Source: Perna viridis (Eukaryota). Taken from it: a stretch of 64,000 nt of DNA. This document shows, piece after piece, positions 38,207 through 51,585 of this stretch. The notes under the pieces were generated by a model. The model saw only the letters and a list, made by a program, of their open reading frames with translations, was not told where the DNA came from and did no database searches. Made by a program: the position numbers and the translations under genes. The stretch spans positions 37,515,288-37,579,287 of the forward strand of contig CM074522.1 in NCBI GenBank assembly GCA_037379345.1. The letters are read 5' to 3'. How positions within the stretch are numbered: position 1 is the stretch's first letter; every line of letters begins with the position of its first letter.

Positions 38207-38899
38207 TAAACAAATAATCATAAATAAATGTATATAGATATTTCGTAGCCTTTCAGCTATATTCTTCAGGTTCTAAATTTAAGATTTAAAGGAAATCACC
38301 ATTATTCTATTTGTACTGCTTTATTAAAAGTAATAGCTTCTGGTTGACTCTTAGAATTCAAAATTACCACGAGCTCAGACTAACCATCATAAACTCAACT
38401 CTTTGTTTGATCTTTACTGAACTTTTTTTCATTACAAGAAAATCTAATCAAATCTCACAAAAACAAAGAGAACTCTCCTCAAGAGAGGTCTTAAAAGCCT
38501 TACAGCAACAACAGTGAAATCTATAAACTGGTACCCAATAGAAAATCATATCAGGTCCCAGAACTTCAACATCTACATTTATCTAATAATGGAAGGGTTT
38601 GTCGATCACTTTATTGAATTAACCGACTATTCTGTCAAATCTTCAGAGAACAATAAGTTGATACTATTTTCTATATCCCTTTTATGTTTATATTGTCTGC
38701 ACAGAACACAGCATAGTCAGAATATATTGGTATATAATGTAGCCATAAAAATACTGAAAAAATACACCAAGGAAAGCAAAGGAGTGTAAAGAATAAACTT
38801 AACATTGTTTAAATCCTGTAGTCATAAAATGATAGTTTCAAATGCCAATATAAATATATTCCCTTTTTTTTTCATTTAAAGAACAAATCATGTTTTCTA

Positions 38900-39277
38900 C
38901 AGAAGGTGAAGCATCAGAATTACGACTCAAGAAGGTGTAGCTTACATTGACAACAGCATCAGAACTAGAGCTACAGGAGGTATAGCTTACATTGACAACA
39001 GCACACGGACTAGGGCTAAAGGTAGCTTACATTGACCACAGCATCAGAACTAGGGCTAAAGGTAGCTTACATTGACCACAGCATCAGAACTAGGGCTAAA
39101 GGAGGTGTAGCTTACATTGACAACAGCATCTGGACTAGGGCTAAAGGAAGTGTAGCTTACATTGACAACAGCATCAGGATTAGGGCTAAAGAAGGTGCAG
39201 CAAACGTTGACAACAGCATCAGAATTAGGGCTAAAGGAGGTGTAGCTTACATTGACAACAGCATCAGGATTATGTAA
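38900..39277. repeat. Minisatellite, 42-bp unit x~9
   Basis: GTAGCTTACATTGACAACAGCATCAGAACTAGGGCTAAAGGA repeated. Confidence 0.93.
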
Positions 39278-40129
39278 CATACATTGACAATTATTCCTAC
39301 TGTATGATTCAACAGTACATTTAACTATAAAAAAAGATTCCTTATTGATTTCAAAGCTTTGTTTAAAAATATAATTCAATAAATGTATTGCCAATTTCAT
39401 CTAATTCATTTTTGGAACTAATCCTAGTGATTCTCCTTGCCTCATCACAGCAGACCCATCTTATTTCTCAACTAAGATGTTTTCATACTAAAACTTGTCA
39501 ATCTAAGATCATTACCCTTAGAAATGAGACACAAAAAGCAACAAAGTGAAATCTTCTAATTCAATTTGTGAAGCCATTTTATTACGATGCTGTCCTGGCA
39601 GGGAACCAGTTAGCTATGATGGATAACAACTTATAAAATGAATACAGAATTCACCGTATCATAAAACCTTTATATCTAATGAGATTTTACAAGGCAAATT
39701 TGCCATAGGTTTTTATTCAATAATTCCAATCCACAGTTTTTCGTTAAGTAATTTCTTCTAACAACCCAGCTATTGTACACAGTTCTGTTAATTTAACAAA
39801 TTCATCACTGGCAAATTATTCCTATTTGAAAATTTTTTTCAATTATGCCAGTATCTATGCGAACAGATTCTCTACAATAACAAAACTATGTCTACGCTAT
39901 GATAGTAGGGAGAGTATCAAATTGTTTCTATAATTTGTTCCGTCAATGGAAGGAAATTCAATTTAAGGGAAACTGGTTAAGATAGACGGTCAGGCAGTTT
40001 CCGTCAATGTAAAACAAGGCAGCCATCTTATCTATATTAGATATGTCTTAATTAAATATAAGGTTTACTTGTTTACATGGAGAAATGTTCTTTGGCTATT
40101 GAATAGTACAAACAAACTAATTGCTTTTT

Positions 40130-40970
40130 TTCCTTTATCCTATATTGTTGTTAGATAGAAACTGTAAAACATGTCCCAATTTTTATAGGTTTATCCTATA
40201 CTGTTGTTAGATTGAAACTGTAAGAAATGTCTCTGTTTTTATGGGTTTATCCTACATTGTTAGATAGAAACTGTAAGACGTCTCAGTTTTTATAGGTTTA
40301 TCCTGTACTGTTGTTAGATAGAAACTGTAAGAAATGTCTCAGTTTTTATAGGTTTATTCTGTACCATTGTTAGATAGAAACTGTAAAACATGTCTCAGTT
40401 TTTATAGGTTTATCTTGTACCGTTGTTAGATAGAAACTGTAAAAAATGTCTCAGTTTTTATAGGTTTATTCTGTACCGTTGTTAGATAGAAACTGTAAGA
40501 CATGTCTCAGTTTTTATAGGTTTATCCTGTACTGTTGTTAGATAGAAACTGTAAGAAATGTCTCAGTTTTTATAGGTTTATTCTGTACCATTGTTAGATA
40601 AAAACTGTAAGACATGTCTCAGTTTTTATAGGTTTATCCTATACTGTTGTTAGATAGAAACTGTAAGAAATGTCACAGTTTTTATGGATTTATCCTATAC
40701 TGTTGTTAGATAGAAACTGTAAGAAATGTCTCAGTTTTTATAGGTTTATTCTGTACCACTGTTAGATAGAAACTGTAAGAAATGTCTCTGTTTTTATGGG
40801 TTTATCCTATATTGTTAGATAGAAACTGTAAGACATGTCTCAGTTTTTATAGGTTTATCCTATACTGTTGTTAGATAGAAACTTTAAGACATATCTCGGT
40901 TTTTATAGGTTTATCCTGTACAGTTGTTAGATAGAAACTGTAAGAAATGTCTTAGTTTTTAAAGGTTTAT
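40130..40970. repeat. Minisatellite, 56-bp unit x~15
   Basis: TTAGATAGAAACTGTAAGAAATGTCTCAGTTTTTATAGGTTTAT repeated. Confidence 0.97.
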
Positions 40971-41667
40971 TTCAATTATCACGAAACTTCCTAAAAGAAC
41001 AACTCAAAGTACCAACATGTATTTCAAGCATTTATTCCAGTTTATTCTCAGGATTTTTCAGCTGCACTGATTGCTATGTCCAAATTTTAGTGTATGACTT
41101 CAGTTTTGAAAATTCTCTCAGAACACCAATTAAAAAAGATACACCAGAGCAAAACACCCCTCAGCATCAAAAGGCAATACAAATTGCCTTAGTGTTTTGT
41201 AAGAATTCTATCCTTATAATGCTTGAAATAATTGCAATCAGATATTGTATAGGAATTTTTTTTCAATAATTGGTATTTAATCCTTTATTTCTCATCATCA
41301 GTGAAACAAAAGAGCTTTAATTTAGAAAATTGTGCAGTTTGAAGTTGAGAAATATCTGTAAAACGTGATCAATTCAACTTAAGTTGTGCAGCTTCTTTCA
41401 TTCTCAACAGCTCTACAATTAAAACAAACAGCAGAGTAAAGAGAGACTACTTTAAATTTTCCTATAACTACTTAAAAAACAGGCTATTTCTGAACAACTA
41501 AGTAGTGGTGCAGAAATTGTTAATAACTTCTGATAATCTTTTATCAAATAATGAGTGCAAGAAAAAAAATAAGTATCATGACAACATCAGTCTCTTTGGA
41601 TCACAAGAGAGCTATAACCTTTACTACAGAGGCAAATTTATAAGGCCATCTGAAAATAATTTCTTAA

Positions 41668-42025
41668 TTTCAGGTTCCAGATCTTCAACATCAACATTTA
41701 TCTCAAAATCATATCAGGTACCAGAACTTCAACATCTATATTTGTCTCAAAATCATATCAGGCATCAGAACTTCAACATCTATATTTATCTCAATATCAT
41801 ACTGATTACTTATCTTTTTGTCTCCTTATGACAAGTGTAAAAATCATATCAGGTACCAGAACTTCAACATCTACATCTATCTCAAAATCATATCAGGTAC
41901 CAGAACTTCAACATCTACATGTATCTCAATATCATACTCATCACTTATCTTTTTGTCTCTTTATGACCAGTATAAAAATCATATCAGGTACCAGAACTAC
42001 AACATCTACATTTATCTAAAAATCA
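41668..42025. repeat. Compound tandem repeat, ~41-bp core with higher-order structure
   Basis: AAAATCATATCAGGTACCAGAACTTCAACATCTACATTTATCT repeated, interleaved with a second segment. Confidence 0.88.
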
Positions 42026-45000
42026 TCACTTTGAGGTAAAAAGAAATGGTAACTTCTTTGTTGGTTTTCATGAAAAATTGACCTGGGAACCAAATAATTG
42101 ACTTTGAATGGCCTAAGAAGAATTTAAAATAGACTAACTAAAACAGTGGGATTGTTGAACTCAGCCCTCAGTCTCTCCAAGCTCACATATAGTAGATTTA
42201 GTGACTCATCTACTGTCAGTCTAATTTTAATAATTTCAAATATAAAGGTGCATTTTAAAATGTGTTTTGTTGGTGCATAAGAGTCCTTAAACTATGTATA
42301 TTTCTCACATATGAAACTTTAGAAGCATCTATATTCTTTTTAATAACGTCTTCTATGATACTGCATTTCTCTCCAGGGAGTCTACAGCTGCTAACTTGAC
42401 ATCCATCTAGGATTTCTCCCATTGGAATATCAGAACATTGTCTTGCTTCAGACAGATACCAATATGAATACCTAAGTAATTTAATTTGGGTATGGTCATC
42501 TACAAGCCTAAACAGCAGATGATCGAATTAGCAACGAGAGACAATTTTCCGCATGCTAATATGATATGTGGGGTAAGATGTTCAATGGTGTGAAGTTAGT
42601 CACCTTCATATAAGTCAACAAGTGAATGTTCTCATTACAGAAATATCATGGTTGTAATGGAAACTTCAAACAGTCCAATGATGGGAAATATCATTCAGAA
42701 AGGGCAGCACAGCTTTGTAGATATTTCAGCATTTATAGAGCCATTAGAAACACCAGCTAGCATGTTACAGTGGATCTTCCAGATTTGAAGAAGAGGAACA
42801 CTGCTTTAATGCAGATGAAAATCAGGTCTAGCTCTACCATCGGCTGATTTTTTTTACCTGTTTAGACGATCTAGACATAAAGATATTCTAAAGGTTACAT
42901 CCAAAATACTTTTACTAGTCAGATCTTCTGAAAGCCACTATTGGACAGGCCTCCTGTATATAATATCTTGCTTCTTATTCAAATATTCTGAAAGCTGCAA
43001 TAAGACTGACCCCCAATATTCTGGCCTTTATCTTCTGAAAGCCACTATAGAACCCCAAATACTCAGCTACTTATTTATCTTTACTCTGTGATCATCGAAC
43101 CTAACACTCTCATAAATGACAACCATTTCATCTTGTAAAGGAAAAAACTAAAGTAATTATTTCAATCTGTTTTTAAAGACTAGAGTTTCACGAAAGGATG
43201 TGAAATCCTAATCGTTCCTGTGTCTTTCTTTAAGATAATAATCACAATGAACAGGCTTGATTTAAATCTGATACCATGAATTAAGTTTTGTTACAAAGTC
43301 TTCTTGAACTTCGCCTAGACAATTTACACAACACTTACTTCAATATTTTAATCCTGCATCATAATTTGTGTTTGGAATTTTTAAGTACATGTTAAATGGC
43401 TGCCCTTTTACGTAATGACTATAATCTGGTGAGAAAAGGTGATCAAATTCTCCTTTCTACAAATAAATTTACCATTTTTTCTGTAATCTCCAGTTTATTA
43501 TCATCAAACTAACATTCTTAATGCTTCATATGCAAATAATATTAATTCAAAATTATACTGTTGAAAGCTTTTAAATATGGGTGGCCACGCTCTTAATTCA
43601 ATACTTTTGAACAGATTAGAATAGCTAATATACCAATCTTCAACAAAGCCTCAACATAGCCACCATTAAGATAATATTCCTGTTTAAAAATATTCTACAT
43701 AAATAGACAAAAATCTTAATATAAAAGTATTCCACGAACTTTAAGAATAAATAACTCTAATTTCCCACTCTTCATCTGTTAACTGTAACTCACAAATCAG
43801 TTGAAAAAAGGGGCCTTAAAATGTTTTTTTTCTGAGAGAAACTAACTATTGTTTATGTACTCATTTTCAAAGTGTAATAATTTTTCTACTTTTGTGGAGC
43901 ACAGAATAGTGCAAAAAATAGTACCCATGAAATTGATTTTTAAAACTGTCATGTTTTCAAACCGTGAAAATTGATACAGTATTTCATAAGTTATAAGTCT
44001 ACTTTGAAATTCACTGCTGTGTTGAACCAAACACATGACTATAAACCAAGTCACAGATGATATGTACCAGATAAATACTTAAATCTTAAATGTACTTAAA
44101 CTAACCCATTAATATCTAATTTATTCAATCTATATATTTCAACATAGTGCACAATACTATTATTTAATAAATTCTAATTTTTATGCATTCTTCTAAAGAT
44201 CAAACAAAAATCAAATCTATATCTCCAAAGCTCAATTCAAATAAATTAAATGCTATGCTAGATACATCATATGACCCATCATCAACAGTTCTAGAAGGTG
44301 ACTTTATTCTATATAAAGTATAAAATTAGCAGTATTTTTGTGATTGTGGTCTAATTGTTGGAAAATGGAATCAAACTGTAAAATGATCAATCCTGATTTA
44401 GCAATGGCATGAAATAGTTTTTAATATCAACAAATGTCCATACGAAAAAGCCTTAACCCTATGTTAATCTCTTTTCTCACAATTGTCTTGCATTAGACAT
44501 ACTTATTCAAATGTTATGTTTCCAAACCGTTCCTTGTTCATCATTCCAAAAGCATGTTTAGACAGTAAAAAAATATGAGTGAACACGTTTAGCAACAAAC
44601 TTACTATTAATTTAGAACATAATATTTCAAGACCTGAAAAGACATTGATTTTAAACCGACTCTTTTTTATATGAAATTAATGGTTTGAACAGTTCAACTT
44701 ATGGCCTTTACTTATAAAACATCAGGATAGAATCTTTAGTGGGATCCAAATCAATACTAACTTTGTTACGTAGGAATTAATATTTGTGTTATCAGATTCA
44801 CTCTGATCTAAGAATAGTTGTTGACTTTTTATTTTACCACAGCCGAAAGTCAAGAGATGAAAAGAACACACAAAAAAATACTACAACAAGTGTCTGAGTG
44901 ACAGGTGCTTGCCGTAAAAAGACTAAAAAGCCGATTAACGTAAATCATTAGCTTATTTGACCAAGAGGCATTCCATCATGATCAATAGAAGTTTGCATGC

Positions 45001-45480
45001 CAAGAATCATTATATCCTGTACATCCACAGAAACATCTAGTCAATGAATTATATTGTTATCTTCTATAAAAACAACAACCCAAAGAAAAACATCCAGTAC
45101 ATCTATGGAACTATCAATGAGTAATATCCTTATCAATGATAAAAACAACCAAAAACATTAATCTACTGGATACAGGTTAGAAACATCCATGGCAATTAGG
45201 ACTTGTACTAAACCATGCTTTATACATTACGCAATTTATCAAAGACAATTCCTGTCATATCAGTGCAGAAAAATGTGTAAACTGTACACCTGTAAATACT
45301 TGGAAAAAATATTCAATTTCAAAAAAAGGAAATTATAATGTAAAGGTTTCATTGACTATGAGAGAGTGAAAAATTTGGTTTTATTAAAATGGTCATTAAC
45401 AACTAATGATGTATTTTTTTCCATTACTTGATAAACTAAGCAGTAAGTACAGAACTAAGACTAGAAAATGGCAACCTGCA

Positions 45481-45612
45481 TACTAAAATTTATTACAAAA
45501 GAGATGATTCTGATTTTCCTATTGTTAATTTCCCATTCCTAGCTGGTGATATTCTGAAGCACCCTCCTATGGTATTTATACTTCACAAGTGGTCCTTTTT
45601 GGTGCATTTGTT
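45481..45612 (+). mobile_element. Short decayed fragment of a second Penelope-like (Naiad-type) RT
   Basis: Translates as TKIYYKRDDSDFPIVNFPFLAGDILKAPSYGIYTSQ, homologous to YxKRDDFSFRIVNFPFICGNIPSAPAYGVFISQ. Confidence 0.7.
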
Positions 45613-46898
45613 ACGTTTCCATATCCATTCAATTTTCTATACATGTTTACATCCCAAACAATCATATGCATATCTATGCATATTTACATCCCAAACAATC
45701 AGATGTTTTTCCCATAAAAATGTACAGTTATAAGTTATCAAATTGACACTATACTGACACAGGAAAAGACAAAGTGATTGAAATATAATGCCAGACTTAA
45801 TAGTTTTAACCGAAATTTAACAGTGAGGTAAGGAGTGGGAGGACTTTGTAGAAATATAAGTTAAATATGTACTTAACAGAGACAACTTTCCACATACTGT
45901 TTCAAAAAGACATCATTACAGGATAACAAAAGGAAACATCACAGACCAAGACAATGATATAATAATTGGGGCAACTCCCCTGGTCGGGGATACAAGACAT
46001 TGTCTCTAAGAACAACAACACTAATGACATGGTCCTTCAACAATTATCTTCATTAAATAATAACTCAGTTAAAATGAACCAATTCAAACCTCTATAGGCA
46101 AGGAAACAGGAGCTTACTGCAACACCTTGGACAGGAAAGTAAAATATGGACCATTCAAAACTTCTATAGGCCAGGAAACAGGGGCTTACCTAGGCAAAGA
46201 AAGTATTATAACAATTGAATAAAGTCTGGTCAGGCTAAGATGAGTACTTCAGATTCCACCCAACTAACAATGATTCTAAGCCACTCTTGTCTCTGTAAAA
46301 AATTTAGCCTTTCAAAGACAAAAGTCACTATGTAGTCTAATTGGAGACAAGGGAAGTCAAAAGCAGCTAGTTACTTAATATAATTAGGAGTAAAATACCA
46401 ATTTATCAAAGTTGTCAAAAAACTTGAAGATTTGACTAGTCAGTGACTAACTACTCTGGTACATGCACACAAGATATTCTTTGAATCGTAAGATCCTCGT
46501 ATTATTATTTGTTTTAGTTGAACCACAGATTGGATGTCCATCATTTACAAGTGGTTTGCTATATATGAAGTATCAGATGAAACAGATATGAATTAAAGAA
46601 AAGAAGATTTGTACAGCAAGTCCAATCACCAAATTGAAGTATTCATTAGATCCAATAGAAATGATATTTCACAAAAAAGAAAGATGATAAAGTAGGTCAA
46701 TCTGCTTCCTTTCTTTGAAGGAATTTAAGACAATTTTCTGAAATTAGGTGTTACAGGGCCACCACAAACATCAGCAACTCTCACTTATTTTTAAATATAA
46801 AAAAACCATAAATATGATGTCACATCTAATTGTCTGCTTTTCACAACCTAATATATGTATCACAGGCATATATATAAAACAGATATAGCATATCAAGT

Positions 46899-47400
46899 AG
46901 ATTGCCTACCTACCAGCGGGAGTTCAATGATGTGTAAAGATTACAAGTAGGAAGTTTTAGCTTGGAACTCTCTGGTAGATCACCTACCTACCAGTGGGAG
47001 TTCAATGATGTAAGTATGAATGTCACAAGGAGGTAGTAATAACTTGGAACCCTTTAGACCCTGTGGTAGATCGCCTACCTACCAATGGGAATTCAATGAT
47101 GTAAGTCTATGAATGTTACAAGGGGGTAGTAATAACTTGGAACCCTTTAGACCCTCTAGTATATTGCCTACCTACCAGTGGGAGTTCAATAGTGTAAGTC
47201 TATGATGGTTACAATGAGGTTGGTATTGCTTGGAACCTTCTAGACCCTCTAGCAGATTGCCTACCTACCAGTGAGAGTTCAATTTTTATGAAGGTTACAA
47301 GGAGGTACATGAAGTTACAGCCTGGAAACTTCTAGACCCTCTGGTAGATTGTTTGCCTACCGTCAATAGTGTTACTCTATGAAGGTTATAAGGAGGTAGT
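46899..47400. repeat. Minisatellite, ~92-bp unit x~6
   Basis: AGATTGCCTACCTACCAGTGGGAGTTCAAT...TTACAAGGAGGT...TTGGAACCCT repeated. Confidence 0.88.
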
Positions 47401-48853
47401 CTAAGCTAACAAGGCACTTGTCTGATTGTCTCACCATAACAAGAAGTTTTCCACAAACAATTCAAGTAATTGTCTATGATAAGTACAAAACAGTGAGCCT
47501 ACAATTCACAACTTCCTCTCTATACTAAGTGTCTACTCGACAAAATAAGTTAATTGATTTCCATCTCGTATCATAATCAAATCTTACATCTTCAATTTTT
47601 TCTTGGCTAAAAATACATAACAGAGAAATAAAACTGCATGGATCTTCCCATTCCACAGAGATTATTCTATCACCAAGTCTATAACATTTCCTATAAATAA
47701 TCGTTAAAGTCCAATTTATTTAAATTTTAATCTTAACAATGCAGAAAATATGGATTAAGTTGAAGTTTTAATCAAAATCAAGATAATCTTAATCTTAGAT
47801 GTACTTAAAGACATGATAAAGATGGGAAGGAAAATCTGAAAACATCACTAAGTCTTAGACCAATGCAAATACTTGATAAACACATAATAAATCTGGAACT
47901 ATTCTCATCCTAAATTTTAAGTCAGGTCTGTAGAAAAATAAAGGCCAAAGCAAAACAAACATAGGAAGACAAACCTATAACAGTTTTCATCACTGAGTCA
48001 AATTTGTTGAAAAATATCAAGTCTTAGGCCAATGCAAATACTTGATAAACACATAAACACATGATAAATCTGGAACTATTCTCATCCTAAATTTTAAGTC
48101 AGGTTGAAGAAAAATAAAACCTAGTCTAAGACCAAAGCAAATACTATAACACATGATGAGCATTGAAAGGAAAATCAGGTCTGTCACCAACAACTGATAA
48201 TCTAAGGTTAACACAAAGCAAAATGTGTTTCTTGTCAGTCTTCAACAAAACCATGTTTTTGTGTACATGCAGAATAATAATTTTTTTTACCAACAAATCC
48301 TATTATTACATGAAGCAATAAATAGTTTGGAAATTCCCACAAAGAAAGCCTACAACATCAAATGACAATGAAGTGCTAAACTTCACAGTAAAATCAATGA
48401 GGATCTAAGAGAGAGGAAGGAAATACAAGACTGATATGGGCTTCAAATAACTCTGTTAAACCAATCTTCTTGTATCAGATATCATTGGAACTTATGCAAG
48501 ATCTGTCTAGCTGTAAAAGTATCTGAACAAATTCTCATGGCTAAAGTAATAATGCTGAACCATAAAATTTGGTCCAGTCTTTAACAGAAGGTCCAATCTT
48601 TGAAGTTAATTGTCTAAAATGGCTTTGAGCTTTATTTAGACTCTCTTTTCTCTAACTGACATAGCATGTTTGTATTTCATTATCTATGAATTATTTTTAA
48701 TTGGATTTGCTTTAAAATAGAAAGTTAAGTGACTGAAGGAAACCAGAAACAGGAAAGTCATGCAGATTTGTTTAGGTATCTAATGTGTCATGAAGTAGGC
48801 TGCAAATAGTAGGGGAGGTTTCTAAAAACAGATGTTATTTAAAATTAACTTAC

Positions 48854-49199
48854 CTGGACTAGATAGACCCTGTTGGAAAGGTCAAGGCCATGGAATGTGT
48901 AGTTCTGGTGAGAGGTTTCGTTCTGCAAGGCCTGGTTTGGGAGTCCTGATGGGTACCACTTTACCTGGTACATATCTACCTCCTCCTTGACATGAGACGC
49001 CAAATCCCATGCTACAACAACCACTCCTGACTTATGCTTCATTACAACATGGAGGTTGTCAATAACAGCAAGACTGTATTCGGTACGTACTCGGATTGAG
49101 TCAAACTGGGCTTTCTGATTACTGGCACTTGAAACACCATTCAGGGAGTAAATAGTGATGTTGTAGTCGGTACTTGACAGAAGACCAGAGAGGGTGATA
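48854..49199 (-). CDS. Eph: Eph exon, end of first FN3 and most of second FN3
   Basis: CAG|(S)ITLSGLLSSTDYNITIYSLNGVS...VVAWD...YQVKWYP...YLVQ|GTAAG; 346 nt, phase 2 to 0. Confidence 0.93.
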
Positions 49200-50671
49200 C
49201 TGGAATAGAAAAAAAAGCTTTTATACCAATCCTGTATCTTAATTTTCTGATTACATAAGCAAACCCATACAGAAATACAACTCAGTGTTCTCAACATAAA
49301 TATGACATAGTACAATGATCATATCTCAATAGGTTTTTCTACAAAGCACATTTTGTCTTAAATTAATTTCTGATAGCACAGTTCTAAAACTTTGTAGCAC
49401 TGCAAAGCACAGTACTTCACTGGCTTTGAGAAAATATAATTAGACACAGAGGGGCTATAAATGACAAATGGTGCTTTCCTAACCAGTCTAACTTGGTTTT
49501 TCTATCTTTATTTTAGATCTAAGTAATTGTGTATAAGATTGGTAGTCACTTACAAAATTCGTGCAAAATTAAAAAGTTACAATTAACTTCTGAAGATGAT
49601 ATGAGATTAACTGCTTCATTAAGTGAAGTGAGTTTTCACAAATTTTGTCAAGTATCTTTTACACCATTATAAGTCTAACAGTGCATAAATGTACACATTA
49701 CTTGACATTAGGGAACAATTGGGTCACTATAAACTGGAGTGACTGTTGAAAAACAATTTACTGTACCCTTAGATCACTACTTGTAGACACCAGTGTACTT
49801 GGCTAATGATGGAGGAATTACATAAATTTATGAGAACAATATTCCCTCAGTAAATATACTACTTGAGTATAATCTTCTATAAATTCTGCTACCATAAAGA
49901 GATTATTCTTCTTCGTTTTTGATATATGATAAAATTCTACCAAATATTGAATAAAAAATTCTACCAAATAATTTCAAGTTTCCCTTTTATCAGCCCAGAC
50001 CATACACCCTTGTAAGTCTGTCCCCTATAATGACAGTCATATCTAATGGTAGAGGGCAAAAAACTAATTTTACAATATTCAAATTTCAATTAAATCCAAT
50101 CACATTTTTTGTTGAAAAGATTGATTTTGGTCGTTAGACATGAAGCCGTATGATTTATGTGATGTCTCGATGTCAATATATGGCTTAGAGTCTGAACATT
50201 ATATGGAATTCCATGAATCATTTGCTGTTTTTTTTTTCCTTTCTCTAGTAATTGATGTGCTTCTTGCGATATGAAGTCTTTTTAAAGCCGTGAAATTAAT
50301 GCAAGCCTGTTCTCAAATTTTGTCTCCCTTAAAATTAAAAAAAACGATAACAGAAGTCTATTTGTTTGTTTAAAGCTCTTGGGAAGTCACGAGACTGTAA
50401 AATTACAATATCATCGATTTTTTTTCCACTTCAATTGGTAAGTGTATTTAATTGATAGGTAAATATATAACAACTGCTTTCATCAAAATTTTATAAAAAA
50501 AAAAAAAAAAGAAAAAAATTGACATATTTTCTTCTGTGTCCCCACCATCACATCAAACAATCTTAGATATACACTTAGAGAGTGTTACATATCAATTTTG
50601 TTTACAAGGAGTTAAATTTCTTTACTTTCGTCACAGACATCCCTACAGTTAAAGCAGTATTTTTTCTGTTT

Positions 50672-51077
50672 TTATTATGATACCAACCGGGTATTTTTAA
50701 TTTCTACACCTCGTCCAGGGAGAACATATTTATTATGGTACCAACCTGGTATTTTTTATTTCTATATTTTGTCCAGGGAGAACACATTTATCATTGTACC
50801 AACCAGGTATATTTCATTTTTACATCTCGTCCAGGGAGAACATATTAATTATGGTACCAACCTGGTATTTTTTACTTCTACATCTCGTCCAATGAGAACA
50901 TATTTATCATTGTACCAACCAGGTATTTTTCATTTTTACATCTCGTCCAGGGAGAACATATTAATTATGGTACCAACCTGGTATTTTTAATTTTTACATG
51001 TCGTACAGGGAGAACATATATATTATGGTACCAACCTGGTATTTTTAATTTCTACGTCACGTCCAGGGAGAACATTT
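50672..51077. repeat. 58-bp tandem repeat x7 made of the Eph FN3-exon end plus its splice donor
   Basis: CCAACC at 51031, 50973, 50915, 50857, 50799, 50741 and 50683. Confidence 0.96.
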
Positions 51078-51213
51078 GCATCACAGTTAAAGCATATGAT
51101 TCGATAAGAGACGTCTGTACGACCTCCAGTGTACGCTGGGGGACTCCATACCAACGTCACTTTGTTGTTAGTCTTGGCTGTAAACCTCAGGTTTGTAGGG
51201 GCTGATGGTGGCT
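51036..51213 (-). CDS. Eph: Eph exon, first FN3 domain
   Basis: CAG|(Q)PPSAPTNLRF...VTLVWSPPAYTGGRTDVSYRIIC...EIKNT|GTTGG; 178 nt, phase 1 to 2. Confidence 0.93.
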
Positions 51214-51585
51214 CTGTAATATAAAACAAGTCAACAGTCAAGTCTTAGATGGCTCTATAAAATTAACAAGTATACAGTTTACCCCTCTTTTGACAAGGTT
51301 TAGTCATAATTATCTTGGTTTCAGGCATTTGTCTCCTTTCATATTAATTTTGTAAATCAATGGGAGTGAAAGAAATTGTTATTTGTGATATGAATGAGCA
51401 ATATTTGGATAACAAGAGTATTTTGCTGACCTACAAGGTGGATAAGGCAGTCTTTTTTCTGCTTTAAAATAACTCTTATAATGCAATTGACTATCATCTT
51501 TTAACCTGTATACAAATGTAGTTAGTCCAGGACAGATTTTTTTCCTATATCATATGGTCTGAAATTGTATTAAGTCAGATCATGA

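Noticed and set aside
39032-39400. Repetitive ORFs on both strands (also 25245-25538, 27036-27311, 55278-55607, 59405-59758)
   Set aside because: Translations of minisatellites; no convincing exon structure or known domain.
40130-40970. Regular arrays that could be mistaken for CRISPR
   Set aside because: The whole unit repeats with no unique spacers, there are no cas genes, and the context is a eukaryotic intron.
46899-47400. Donor-like CTG|GTAGGT in each unit (and AAT|GTAAGC in the 38.9-kb array) as more exon-end arrays
   Set aside because: No source exon found at the end of either array, and the flanking Eph exons join in frame without one.
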